Part shown: positions 1 to 10,439 of the stretch, piece after piece
How positions within the stretch are numbered: the stretch's first letter is position 1
How the letters are laid out: each line of letters starts with the position of its first letter
NCBI GenBank assembly: GCA_009914755.4
Contig: CP086569.2
Span: 13,056,001 to 13,120,000, forward strand
Reading direction: 5' to 3'
Source of the DNA: the human T2T-CHM13v2.0 reference genome, Homo sapiens
Length of the DNA: 64,000 nt
Notes under the pieces: model-generated
Seen by the model: the letters and a program-made list of their open reading frames with translations, nothing else
Told to the model about the DNA's origin: nothing
Databases searched by the model: none
Made by a program: the position numbers and the translations under genes

Positions 1-316
1 AATGAAACCCCATCTCTGCTAAAAATACAAGAAATTAGACTGTAATAGGACTGCAGCAAATTTTTGTCCTACCTAAGTGACTTGATGCATACACTAGGAA
101 CAGTCCTCATACTGAGGAAGATCAGTTGAAGTTCTTACTGTACAAGTCCAAATTTAAAGGAAAATGAGTCTCGCAAATTTTCTCACGCTTCAGCCATGCA
201 TGGACCAGTCAGCTTCCAACTGTGACTGGAGCAGGGCTTGTCGTCTTCTTCAGAGTCACTTAGCAGGGGTTAGCAAAGCCGCTTCTGTCCACGTACACCT
301 CACAGTCTACTGATGT

Positions 317-736
317 TCAAGTATGGTCTCGGAGGTTGGGCCCACTAGAATAAACTGAGTCCAATACCTCTACACTGTTACGTTCAACTGGGCTCTCTGA
401 TACTGGGAGCAAGGTGGCAGGGTTTAGGGTTTTGCAAACTTCAATGGTTATGCAGGAATTTTCAAATAGCAAGTTTTGGTACTTGGTTAATCTAGCATTT
501 GTTAGCCAATGATGTCCTTTGGTATTCATCAAAGTTACCACAGCATAGGGGGCTTTTAAATTCAGGTTTTGCCCAAGAGTTAATTCATCTGCTTCTTGTG
601 CTAACAGGGCCATTGCTTCCAGGGCCCTTAAACATAACCCTTCTAGTTGTTTTGAGAGATAGGCCACTGGCCTTAGCCAGGGCCCCACAGTCTGGGTTAA
701 AACTTCAACTGCCATTTTTGTTTCTTTCTGACACAT
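317..736 (-). pseudogene. ERV pol remnant (reverse transcriptase connection domain to RNase H-proximal segment).
   Basis: The 139-aa ORF aligns by eye with MLV RT: ...GPWLRPVAYLSKQL... / ...KAPYAV... / ...WLTNARLTKYQNLL... / ...LNPATLLP..., against MLV GPWRRPVAYLSKKL / KAPHAV / WLSNARMTHYQALL / LNPATLLP. Confidence 0.8.
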
Positions 737-3700
737 AGAGTGTAAAGGGTTTTGTCAGTTCAGGTAGCCCTAGGGCTGGGGCTGACATGAGTTTTTCTTT
801 TAACTCATGAAAAGCTTGTTGCTGTTGGTTTTAATAGATGTAGTTTATCCAATCTACATTTTCATTAACTGTCACCCACCAAAATATTGACTCAAATCCT
901 GCAGCTATTTGATTTCAAGCTTTAAATTGATCTGGTATTCCTCATGGGACTCCAACTATGTCTAAATAGATGTGAGAGTTGAAAGACCAATAAGGGGCTT
1001 ATCTCGCTTTACAATGTCTTATTTTTTTTTCCTTCTGGTTGATGAAATGCCAGGGTGAAAGGGATAGCCAATTGGACTAAAGTACAAGTGCCACTCCAAT
1101 TATTTGGCAGAGTGGCCAGTAAAGGTCCACCACAATACCACTACACATCCACTCTGAGACAAAAACAAGGGCTGACTGATTGATAAGCTAGTGAAAATTC
1201 TTAAGCTTACTGCATCATTTCAGGTCTCCACGGAACGCTGTTTCCTCCCTGTCATGAGAGACACGAAGGGAATTTAGTGTTGGGAAACAGAAGCTGGATG
1301 GTCCTTGGGAGCTGACCCACAGGCTGCTGAACTTTGGGATATAGCAGAGAGAGCTTGGCATGACTTATTACTCCAGGCTGTAGAATCCTGGAAAAGAGCT
1401 ACAATGCAGCCCATGCCTGGTCAACTGGAGGCCCACCTTAGTGGAAAGGGGACAATCTGGGCCTCTGGCCAGCCCTGTGCATTCTATGTTCCTCTAGTAG
1501 AATGAATGTATGATTTTAGGAAGCTACAAAAACCTTTTGGGGCAGTCCATCCTTGCTCTTTAGAGGTCCACAAAATGTTGGACAAACTATAGCATAAAAG
1601 CTCTACAGTGGGGGCAAGACTTCTGGTAGACACAGGAGTCTTCATTGAAATTTCCCCAGATTAAATGGTCCTCATTTATTAATGCCCAGTCTGAGGAGAG
1701 TCAGGAGGGACAGAGGTACTTTTCTGAAATAGAGAGCTGTCTTTGACTTGGCAAGTCCCACAGGGAATAACAAGGCAAGCATTAAATGCAATAGTTTGAG
1801 GCAAAATTGACTCGGTTATGTTAATAACTAGATGGTCAGCAATAGAGCAAGGAAAGAAGAAAGAGTAATGAATAGACAGAAGAGTTAAATTTTTCTTAGC
1901 TTTAGTTTGGTAGGGTTTCCCCCGGGACTATGGCCCATGACTCTGGAGGGGTTGGCACTTTCTTGACTCAGTTGTGATGAGTCCATCCTTTTTTTTGCTG
2001 GATGAACAGCAGTCTCAGTGGTTAGCAGCACAAGGTAGCGTCTTTCCCAGGCTGGTTTGAGTTTCCTTTCTTTTCACCCTTTGATGAGATCATGATCTTC
2101 AGGCTGGTGCTGGTGCTGGAAATTCTAGGGGTGGTACATGTGTTAAAAGACTTTTAGTTTTGAAGTAAAGGAAAGTGGAAGATAAACCAAGTATACAATT
2201 TTTAAGAAATTAACCTTTTGCTTTAAGTGTGGGGACATCAGCAGTGGACTTTATAGTCCTTGGTGCATTTCTACTGAGAAATTTCCTTTAGCACCTCTTT
2301 CTATTAGTTTCTGGACCAAAGAAGACAAACACAATTTTATATTTGACAATGCTTCCTGTATGATTTTTATACCAGATAAGCTAAAATTTCACCCTTATAT
2401 TAGCGTGTTATTAATATTAAACTTAGTTTTAGTAAAATCTTCTACACATATTTATTCAATTTATAGTGTTGGACCATAAGGAAAGATTTTTACAGACTCT
2501 TTTTAACCTTTTATAATCTTTGTTAACGAGGAGGTTAGTGCTTTAAGAAAAACCCATTGTGTTTTTACTTTAATGTCCAGTTCACAGAAAAACTGGATGA
2601 TACTCCTTTAACTTTAGCCAATATGTTTACACACAGAATTTTCTTTACAATTAATGTTTTAAAACTTGCTTGAACCTTCAAAACAAATTTTTTAACCTTT
2701 TAATGTAAATAAAATTTTACATTCTTAAAATCCTTTTATCAAAGGTATATTTTACTTTCCTTATACACCTTGCTTATAAACTGTTTCTTCAGTAGTACTC
2801 AGGAGGCCTAATTACTTTTAAATTATACAACATTTCTTGTGTAAATTCTTTTTATAACTTTTTTTCTCTTTCATGACTTTCACAGACAGTTCTTTGACGT
2901 GCCTCAACTTAATGACTTAATACAAACATTTCTTTCTTTAAACAACCAATTATATTTATTTCAGGACAAGAATTTAACACACAACATTTTTTTACATAAA
3001 TTTTGCCCACCTTTTTTTCCCTTTTTTTTGAAGATGATAACAATTCTTTTCCAAAGCGAACTTCCTTTATCTGTGGACTAGACTGTCTAAGGCCACAAGA
3101 TTAGAAGTTACTATAATACATGTTACATTGTAAATTTTTAGCAAACTTTACTTTTGTTGAAAACCCAGTAAGTTTGGGATTTCAATTATCCCTTGCTATT
3201 AATAAGATCTTGTTTAGTCCAAATTAACTTAGAATTGGTATAGATGGTTTTGTTTTTATTTCAATTACCCAGGAGGAAACATCTATCATCCTGTCCTGAA
3301 GCGAATTCATACTACATCTGGTCGGACCTTTGTATAGTAATTAAGATTTAGATACCCTGTTAGAAAACCTGCTGGGTTAAGGGAATTTTCAGTGGTTAAC
3401 GTTAAATCATCTTTTTTTTTTTTTTTAACTTAGGATACTTCTAAACTGTTGAAGTGTGCCCACAATGAGGTTTCCTCTAAAAGCTATTTTCTACTTTCTT
3501 CTGCTAGCAAAGAAGGTGCCACTACAGATTGAATTCATTTGGACCATCTACAGGTTACTGGGTTAAGGATTTTTAATAGGAAGGCTACAGGTTGCCGGTG
3601 GCCTCAGTGCTTTCGGGCTAAGCCCTTGTTTACACTTACAACAGGATTGTATTGGAGTATTGGCGGGTCATGGAGAAAACCATCAATTATCAATTACAGG

Positions 3701-3775
3701 TTTTAAATTTACCGTGGCTTTTAAAGGAATAGCATACACTTTATTTTTTCTTAACTACTTGTATATTTCTTTCTT

Positions 3776-3960
3776 TCTTTCTCTCTTTGACTCTCCATCT
3801 CTCTCTGTTTGACTTTCCTTTTGCCTCTGTCTCTTTCTCTCTCTCTCTGCCTCTGTCTCTCTCACTCACTCTTGAATCCCTCTTTGTCTTTCTGTCTCTT
3901 CCCCTCTCTTTCTCTCTGCTGGTCTTTCTTTGCCTTTGCCAGCCGTTTATGCTGCTGTTC
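3776..3960. repeat. (CT)n/(TC)n-rich microsatellite-like tract expanded inside the ERV gag region.
   Basis: Long run of ctctct / tctttct units visible directly. Confidence 0.85.
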
Positions 3961-4164
3961 TCTCAACCACTGTGAGGGGTGGTCTAAAACCAGCTGTAAC
4001 CAACTCTCTATATATGGGAACTGGTCTGGGTGCCCTGGCTTACAGGTTACCTTGTGCCATACCTTTGAAACAAGGGACCTGTCCAGGCTTCCTTCTGATG
4101 GCCAACCCACCTCTAATACTGGCCAGTCTATCTTACACAAAGTTTTAAGTTTTCTTGGTGTCAT
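3862..4164 (-). pseudogene. ERV gag matrix (MA) remnant.
   Basis: ORF ...CKIDWPVLEVGWPSEGSLDRSLVSKVWHKVTCKPGHPDQFPYIESW... parallels MLV [51 protein letters not shown]. The C-terminal RERE-rich tail is translated from the CT-repeat. Confidence 0.7.
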
Positions 4165-4776
4165 AGTACTCTATCGTCTCCCTTAAATCTTTTCTTGAAA
4201 TTTTTCAACATGGTTCCTTGTCATGTGGGCTTACTTTGTGCCTGACCCATGCTTCCTTGAGACAAAACACCGTGCTCACACCACATGCACACCACAAAAC
4301 AAAGAATGGGGAAAAGGGGCACACACACACACTTTTACAGTATACACCAAACCAGAATCAAAACTAAAATCAGAGTATCAAGAAATCCAAGCCAGGTCAA
4401 AACCAAAACCAAACTAGCAAGTGATCCAAGTCATGTCAAAAACAAAACCAAAGTGCTGGTACAGGCATGCTGTGGGTGATTAGGGCATGCTTCCACCCAA
4501 ATGGAGTGGGCAAGTTCCAAAGACCAGTCTTACCAAGTTTCAGATGTCCAGACTCCAAGTGCCAGTTCCTGCCTGGTGTTCAGCCACTGCATAGATTCTC
4601 TGCAAGGGCCTGCCATGCACTGCTCTGGCAAGGCATTCTACTGGGGCAATTGTCTACATGGGAGTGCTCTCAGGTTCCATGTTGCTCAAGCTGGCCAGAG
4701 TCCCATGCAGGGAAGCTCCACAGGGCAAGCCTAAGCCACCTAAAGGACTGCCTCGACCATCCATTAATCACCTTGC

Positions 4777-4794
4777 TTCCTGGTCAGGGAACCA
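4777..4794 (-). other. Retroviral primer-binding site complementary to the 3' end of tRNA-Glu(CUC).
   Basis: Minus strand reads TGGTTCCCTGACCAGGAA, matching the reverse complement of the tRNA-Glu 3' end (TGGTTCCCTGACCGGGAA) at 17/18. The single difference is a CpG>CpA change. It lies 4 nt after a ...TGCTTCA LTR-end-like sequence and ~610 nt upstream of gag MA. Confidence 0.7.
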
Positions 4795-4797
4795 AGA

Positions 4798-5290
4798 AAT
4801 GAAGCAGAACAAAACCCCTTAAACACCAAGTTAAAGAATGAAGGCCTTTATTCATCCAGGAGCTTCAGCAAGACTCATGTCTCCAAAAACTGAGCTCCCT
4901 GAGTGAGCAATTCCTGTCCCTGTTAAGGGGTTACAACTCTAAGGGGGTCCACATGAGAGGGTCATGATCAATTGAGCAAGCAGAGGATACAGGATTGGGG
5001 GCTGCATGTGCTGGGAATCAGAACAGAATAAAACAGGACAGGGATTGCCACAGTGCTTTTCTACAAAATGTCTGGAATCTATAGATAACATAACAAGTTA
5101 AGTCAGGTGTCGATCTTCAACCAGGCTGAGGATACAGCACCAGTCTATCTGTCTGTGGATTTCATTTCTGCCTTTTAGTTTTTACTTATTCTTTCTTTGG
5201 AAGCAGAAATTGGGCATAAGACAATATGAGGGGTGGTCTCCTCCCATAATGCAATATATGTGTATGCATAAATAGAATTTTTAACTGACA
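4798..5290 (-). mobile_element. ERV 5' LTR (LTR2/HERV-E-like). The distal boundary is uncertain.
   Basis: On the minus strand, AATAAAGGCC lies ~50 nt before the ...CA end that abuts the PBS. Distal edge not resolved; an Alu begins at 5422. Confidence 0.45.
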
Positions 5291-5421
5291 GTTGGGGTTT
5301 AACCAGGAATAAGGTGGGGAAATTGAGCCAACTACTTTGAGCATAAAATTTCAGTGGGCACCAAAACTTCAGCAGCCAAAATGTGAAATACTTTAATTCC
5401 ATATCACAAAAAATCAAAGTG

Positions 5422-5718
5422 GGCTGGGTGCAGTGGCTCATGCTTGTAATCCTAGCACTTTGATAGGCTGAGGTGGGTGGATCACCACAGGTCAGGAGTT
5501 CAAGACCATCCTGACAAACATGGAGAAACCCCATTTCTACAAAAAATACAAAAATTAGCTGAGTGTGGTGGTGTATGCCTGTAATCACAGCTACTCAGGA
5601 GACTGAGGCAGAGAATTACTTGAACCCAGGAGGCAGAGTTTGCAGTGAGTGAGATCACACCACTGCACTCCAGCCTGGGCAACAGAGTGAGACTCCACCT
5701 TAAAAAACAAAAACAAAA
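5422..5718 (+). mobile_element. Alu (AluS/Y-like), full length with A-rich tail.
   Basis: GGCTGGGTGCAGTGGCTCATGCTTGTAATCC ... GAGACTCCACCT followed by poly-A. Confidence 0.9.
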
Positions 5719-6040
5719 TGAATGCAAAAGAAATTGTGATGAATAAAAGATCCAAATTTTTAGTGAAGATAAATTCCCTTACTCCGAAAGAGCCTATTTT
5801 CATGTCCACATGCCCTTTGGAGGCTAAAACATACCCATGAATGGACAGGAAATGGACACACCTTTTTTCCTGTATTGTCCCAGGAATATTGATGGGATAA
5901 AGAAGGTGATGTGGGATGAAGATGTCATCGTTGGACTAACACCCTGAGGGCTTAAATGGGCTTCATTTGTGTTTCATTGATTCAAAACCAGAGCAAGCTG
6001 GTATTGAAATGACCACCTTTATTGTCATTTTCTTCTTCTT

Positions 6041-6329
6041 GTTTTGTTTTGTTTTGTGAGATGGAGACTTGCCCAGGCTGGAGTGCAACAGTGTGATCTC
6101 AGCTCACTGCAAACTCTGTCTCTGGGTTCAAATGATTCTCCTGCCTCAGCCTCCTGAGTAGCTGGGATTACAGGCATGCACCATCATGCCTGGCTAATTT
6201 TGTATTTTTAGTAGAGATGGGGTTTCTCCACTTTGGTCAGGCTGGTCTCAAACTCCTGACTTCAGGTGATCCACCAGCCTCGGCCTCCCAAAATGTTAGG
6301 ATTACAGGCGTAAGCCACCATGCCTGGCC
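6041..6329 (-). mobile_element. Alu, minus orientation.
   Basis: T-rich head, then GAGATGGAG...CCCAGGCTGGAGTGCA ... GCCACCATGCCTGGCC (Alu reverse complement). Confidence 0.9.
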
Positions 6330-6857
6330 ACATTTTTTTAGAGTCTGAAACAAACTCCACTCTGTCTTGCTAAAATTGCTAAGGTAGTTTTAAAGCAGAG
6401 CTGAGTATAATTGCATAGAATTGTTTAAAGACAGAACTTTACTTCTGTGGTCTTCCCCCAAGATCCTGGAAGCCTGTCTAATCATGAGAAAAGAATCAGT
6501 ATTAGAGGGTCATCTTACAAGATAAACTGTCAAGGCCATCAAACACAAGATACATTTGAGAAACTGTCACAATAAAGATAAGCCTAAAGAGACATGACAA
6601 CAAAATGTAATTTTGGGGTTCTGGAAGGAATCCTGGACCACAAAAAAGACACTAGGGAAAAACTGACAAAATCCAAATAAAGCTTGTACTTTAGTTCATA
6701 ACATAGTATCGTTATTAGTTCATTCGTTGTGATACATTTATCGTATAAATATCAAATATTAATAATATGTAAAACTGATTGTGGGTATAGAGGAAGTCTC
6801 TTTACTATCTTCACAATCTTTCTATAAATGTAAAGCTGTTAAAAAATAAACTCATTT

Positions 6858-7163
6858 GCCAGGTGCTGTAGCTCACACCCAAGGAAATCTCAGCACACTG
6901 GGAGGCCAGGGTGGGAGATCACTCAAGTCCAGGAATTAAAGGGCAGCCTGGACACTATAGTGAGGCCACTTCTATGTAAAAAAAAATAAAAGAAAAATTA
7001 GCTGGGCATGGTGATGAGTGCCTGTGGTCCCACTACTCAGGAGGCTAAGCCAGGAAGATGGCTTGAGCCCAGAAGGTTGAAGCTGCACGGAGCCATAATT
7101 GCACCACTTCACTCCAGAGCCTGGATGACAGACTGAGACCCTGTCTCTAAAAAAAAAAAAATA
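6858..7163 (+). mobile_element. Alu (older, AluJ/S-like).
   Basis: GCCAGGTGCTGTAGCTCACACC ... poly-A tail at 7141–7163; diverged. Confidence 0.85.
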
Positions 7164-8880
7164 ATAAGATAAACAATTAACTTATTTTAATTTCTTTCAA
7201 CAATACATTCCAAACCTATCTAGTTTATTTTAAAGTACTCAAAGATGTTAAAATAACCCCAAAACTATACCCATATGCTGTAACTCAACCACTGCAAGAA
7301 TAGTTGTCTTGTGTTGATGTCTCCTCTTGCAGAGACCCATGTGCGTTTTCAGGCCCCTCAGTTCATGGCCTCTTCCATTTGTGGTACTCTAGTTGCCACG
7401 CTACTTCCAGAGAAAACTGATTGTTCCACCTGGACTGTGTCTGTCAACATTAAAAAAAATGACTGGAGAAAATTATATACTGTATCCTGCAGATATTGCT
7501 TAAAAGTAATCTTAAAAGCAGAGCTGAGCATCACAGCATATAATTGTTTAAAGATACAACATATTTTTTATATACTTTCGGTGTGCAACTGACCCCAAAA
7601 TGCACAACCAATGTTTCCCATCACAAGGGAGGAAAAAATAAGTTTTACTCTATCCTTTCTGAATTCCCATAATAAAAGACAGATTAACAAGAGGAAGACA
7701 TATACAGGTTTGCGAACATGTACACTTCTTGGGTCCATGAAAGATACCCCAGATAAAAGTGAGTACTTCTCAAAGAGGTGACTTTGACATCAGTGGATAC
7801 ATAAAAAATGTACCTTGGCTTGACATAGAAGGGAAAAACAACTTGAAGTGGGGGCTTCCAGGTTACAGATGGCTTTAAAAGTTTTCTGATTCGCAATAGG
7901 TTGAAAGGGTTAATATCAATAGAAAGGAATGTCTGGGTTATCATAAGGGGTTGTGGAAACCAAGGTTTCATGAGGCAGATGAAGCCTCCAGGTAGCAGGC
8001 TTCAGAGAGAATAAAATGATAAATGTTCAAGAACTTAAAAAGTTGTTTCTATCAGTAATTCCAAAACTAAAGAGGGCATCATAAGACCTGTCTGACCCCT
8101 ACATCCCATCATAGCCTGAACTAGCTTTTCAGGTTAACTCGGAATGCCCTTGGCTGAGAGGAGGGATCCATTCAGATGGTTGGGGCTAAGGGGGTCTTAG
8201 AATTTTATTTTTTAACTAGAATGAACTGTGTCTCAAGTCTCACAATAATAAATGAGTGTTTCAAGTACCAGTTGGATGACTCTCATTGCCTTTGTAGGCA
8301 TGATGAGGGAGCTGGTTTCTGCTACTAAATGATTGCCTGATTCTTGTAGCAGCAGAGAAATTTCTGCTCTAGGCTGTGGGCTTATTTATTACTATCTTCC
8401 TTTGGGCTTTGCCCTGTGGAAACAACTTTAAACAACTGAGGTAGAATTTACATACTGTAAAACCCACTTGTTTTCAGTGTAACGAGTTAATGATTTTTAG
8501 TAAGTTTACAGGGTTGGACCACCACCACAAGAATGATTTGCTGTATAACATTTCCATCAGTGCAAGAAGTTGTCAGGTGTTCATTTATATCTATATTTTT
8601 AAACATAGGGTCTTGCTGTTGAGGACTAAGCTCTGATTTTTTTCTTATGTTGCCCAAATTCCTAAGGGGTCTGAGGTATCATGCCCTACAATCCATAAAT
8701 TCTCATCAGATGGGTTTTATTCAACATTATATATCATAACTTACATTCCAGTCTGAATCTGGCATTACATTACAAGACAAGAAAATTGAAATAAAAGTGT
8801 TTCTTTGCCATACTTTGAAATGGCCCTGCAAATCTATCTTTTGCAGAGGAAAATTTACATCTGTAAAGAACATCTATTAT

Positions 8881-10363
8881 TGTGTCTGAAATTGGTGGTT
8901 TCTTGGTCTTATAGACTTCAAGAATGCAGTCGCGGACCCTCACAGGGAGTGTTACAGTTCTTAAAGATGGTGTGTCTGCAGTTTGTTCCTTCTGATGTTC
9001 AGACATGTTCAGAGTTTCTTCCTTCTGGTGGGATTTTGGTCTCTCTGGTTTCAGGAGTGAAGCCGCAGACCTTCGCAGTGAGTCTTACAGCTCTTAAGGC
9101 AGCGCATCTGGAGTTGTTTGTTCCTCCTGTCTAGAGTTGTTCATTCCTCCAGGTGGGTTCGTGGTCTTGCTGGCCTCAGGAGTGAAGCTTCAGACCTTTG
9201 CCATGAGTGTTACCGTTCATAAAGGCACTGTGGACCCAAAGAGTGAGCAGCAGCAAGATTTATTGTGAAGAGCAAAAAAACAAAGTTTCCACAGTGTGGA
9301 AGGGGACCCAAGAGTGTTGCCACTACTGGCTCAGGCAGCCTGCTTTTATTCCCTTATCTGATCCCACCCACATCCTGCTGATTGGCCCATTTTACAGAGA
9401 GCAGATTGGACCACTTTACAGAGAGCTGATTGGTCCATTTTGACAGGGTGCCAATTGGTGCATTTACAATCCCTGAGCTAGACACAGCACGCTGATTGGT
9501 GTATTTACAATCCTCTAGCTAGACGTAAAATTTCTCCAAGTCCCCACTAGGTTAACTAGACATAGAGCACTGATTGGTGTGTTTGCAAACCTTGAGCTAG
9601 ACACAGGGTGCTGATTGGTGCATGTACAATCCTTTAGCTAGACATAAAAGTTCTTCAAGACCCACCAGATTAGCTAGATACAGAGTGCTGATTGGTGAAT
9701 CCATGAACCCTGAGCTAGACACAGTGTGCTGATTGGTGCATATACAATCTTCTGGCTAGACATAAAATTTCTCTAAGTCCCCACCTGACTCAGCAGCCCA
9801 GCTGGCTTGGCCTAGTAGATCCTGCAAAAGGGCCACAGGCAGAGCTGCCTGACAGTCCCATGGCATGCGCCTGCACTCCTCAGCCCTTGGGCAGTTGATG
9901 GGACTGGGCACCATGGAGCAGGGGGTGGCACCCATCAGGGAGGCTCAGGCTGTGCAGGAGCCCACTGCAGGGGTCAAGCATGATGAGGGCAGACCAGCAG
10001 TGCTGGGGGACCCAGCGCCCCCTCCACAACTGCTGCCCCAGGTGCTAAGCCCCTCACTGCCCATGGCCAGCCTCGCTGGCTGGCCAGCCACTCCAAGTGT
10101 GGGGACCACCAAGGCCACACCCACCCGGAACTCGCATTGGCCCACAAGTGCTCCACACAGCCCCAGATCCCACCCATGCCTCTCCCTCCATACCTCCCTG
10201 CAAGCAGAGGAAGCTGGCTCCACCTCAGCCTGCCCAGAGAGGGGCTCCCACAGTGCAGTGGCAGGCTGAAGGGCTCCTCAAGTGTGGCCAGAGTGGCCAC
10301 CAAGGCTGAGGAGGCACTGAGAGTGAGCGATGGCCACCAGCATGTTGTCACCTTTCATTATCA
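8881..10363 (-). mobile_element. LTR12-family (HERV-9) LTR, ~1.5 kb, complete or near-complete (solo or 3' LTR).
   Basis: Reverse complement shows the LTR12 architecture. It has a TG...GGTGACAACATGCTGGTGGCCATCGCTCACTCTCAG start, a GC-rich 5' U3, an array of CTAGCTxAGGxTTGTAAAxxCACCAATCAGC repeats, and a triplicated GCTGTAACACTCACxGxGAGGGTCCGCG U5 ending ...ACACA (rc at 8881). Confidence 0.8.
9375..9790 (-). promoter_or_regulatory. Tandem ~40–50-bp CCAAT-box (ATTGG on the + strand) repeats of the LTR12 U3; known NF-Y sites and promoter core in this LTR family.
   Basis: At least 8 repeats of ...GCTGATTGGTG(C/T)ATTTACAATCC(T/C)...AGCTAGACA... on the + strand. A regulatory role is established for LTR12 generally; not shown for this copy. 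Confidence 0.55.
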
Positions 10364-10439
10364 TAGCTAGATCTTTTTCTTCCAGGCTTTCCCAGTCCTG
10401 AAGAGATTAACAGAGAGTCTAGTACGTTTTAAAGGTCTG

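Larger units (their letters stand above)
1..4776 (-). mobile_element. Internal region of a class I (gammaretrovirus-like) endogenous retrovirus, HERV-E-like. Decayed gag–pro–pol; the element continues beyond the window start.
   Basis: Minus-strand pol remnant (317–736) and gag MA remnant (3862–4164) lie ~3.4 kb apart, matching gag-start to RT-connection spacing in MLV-like genomes. A tRNA-Glu PBS and LTR follow upstream (higher coordinates). No intact ORFs in the intervening sequence. Confidence 0.7.

Noticed and set aside
8770-9443. ORFs 8770..9006(−), 8805..9134(+) and 9207..9443(+).
   Set aside because: All fall inside the LTR12 U5 triplication and CCAAT-repeat array. These are repeat-derived open frames without coding signatures.
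9865-10370. Cluster of overlapping 70–134-aa ORFs on both strands (Pro/Ala/Gly-rich).
   Set aside because: They lie in the GC-rich, stop-codon-poor 5' U3 portion of the LTR12 element. The overlapping ORFs in every frame are a compositional artefact.
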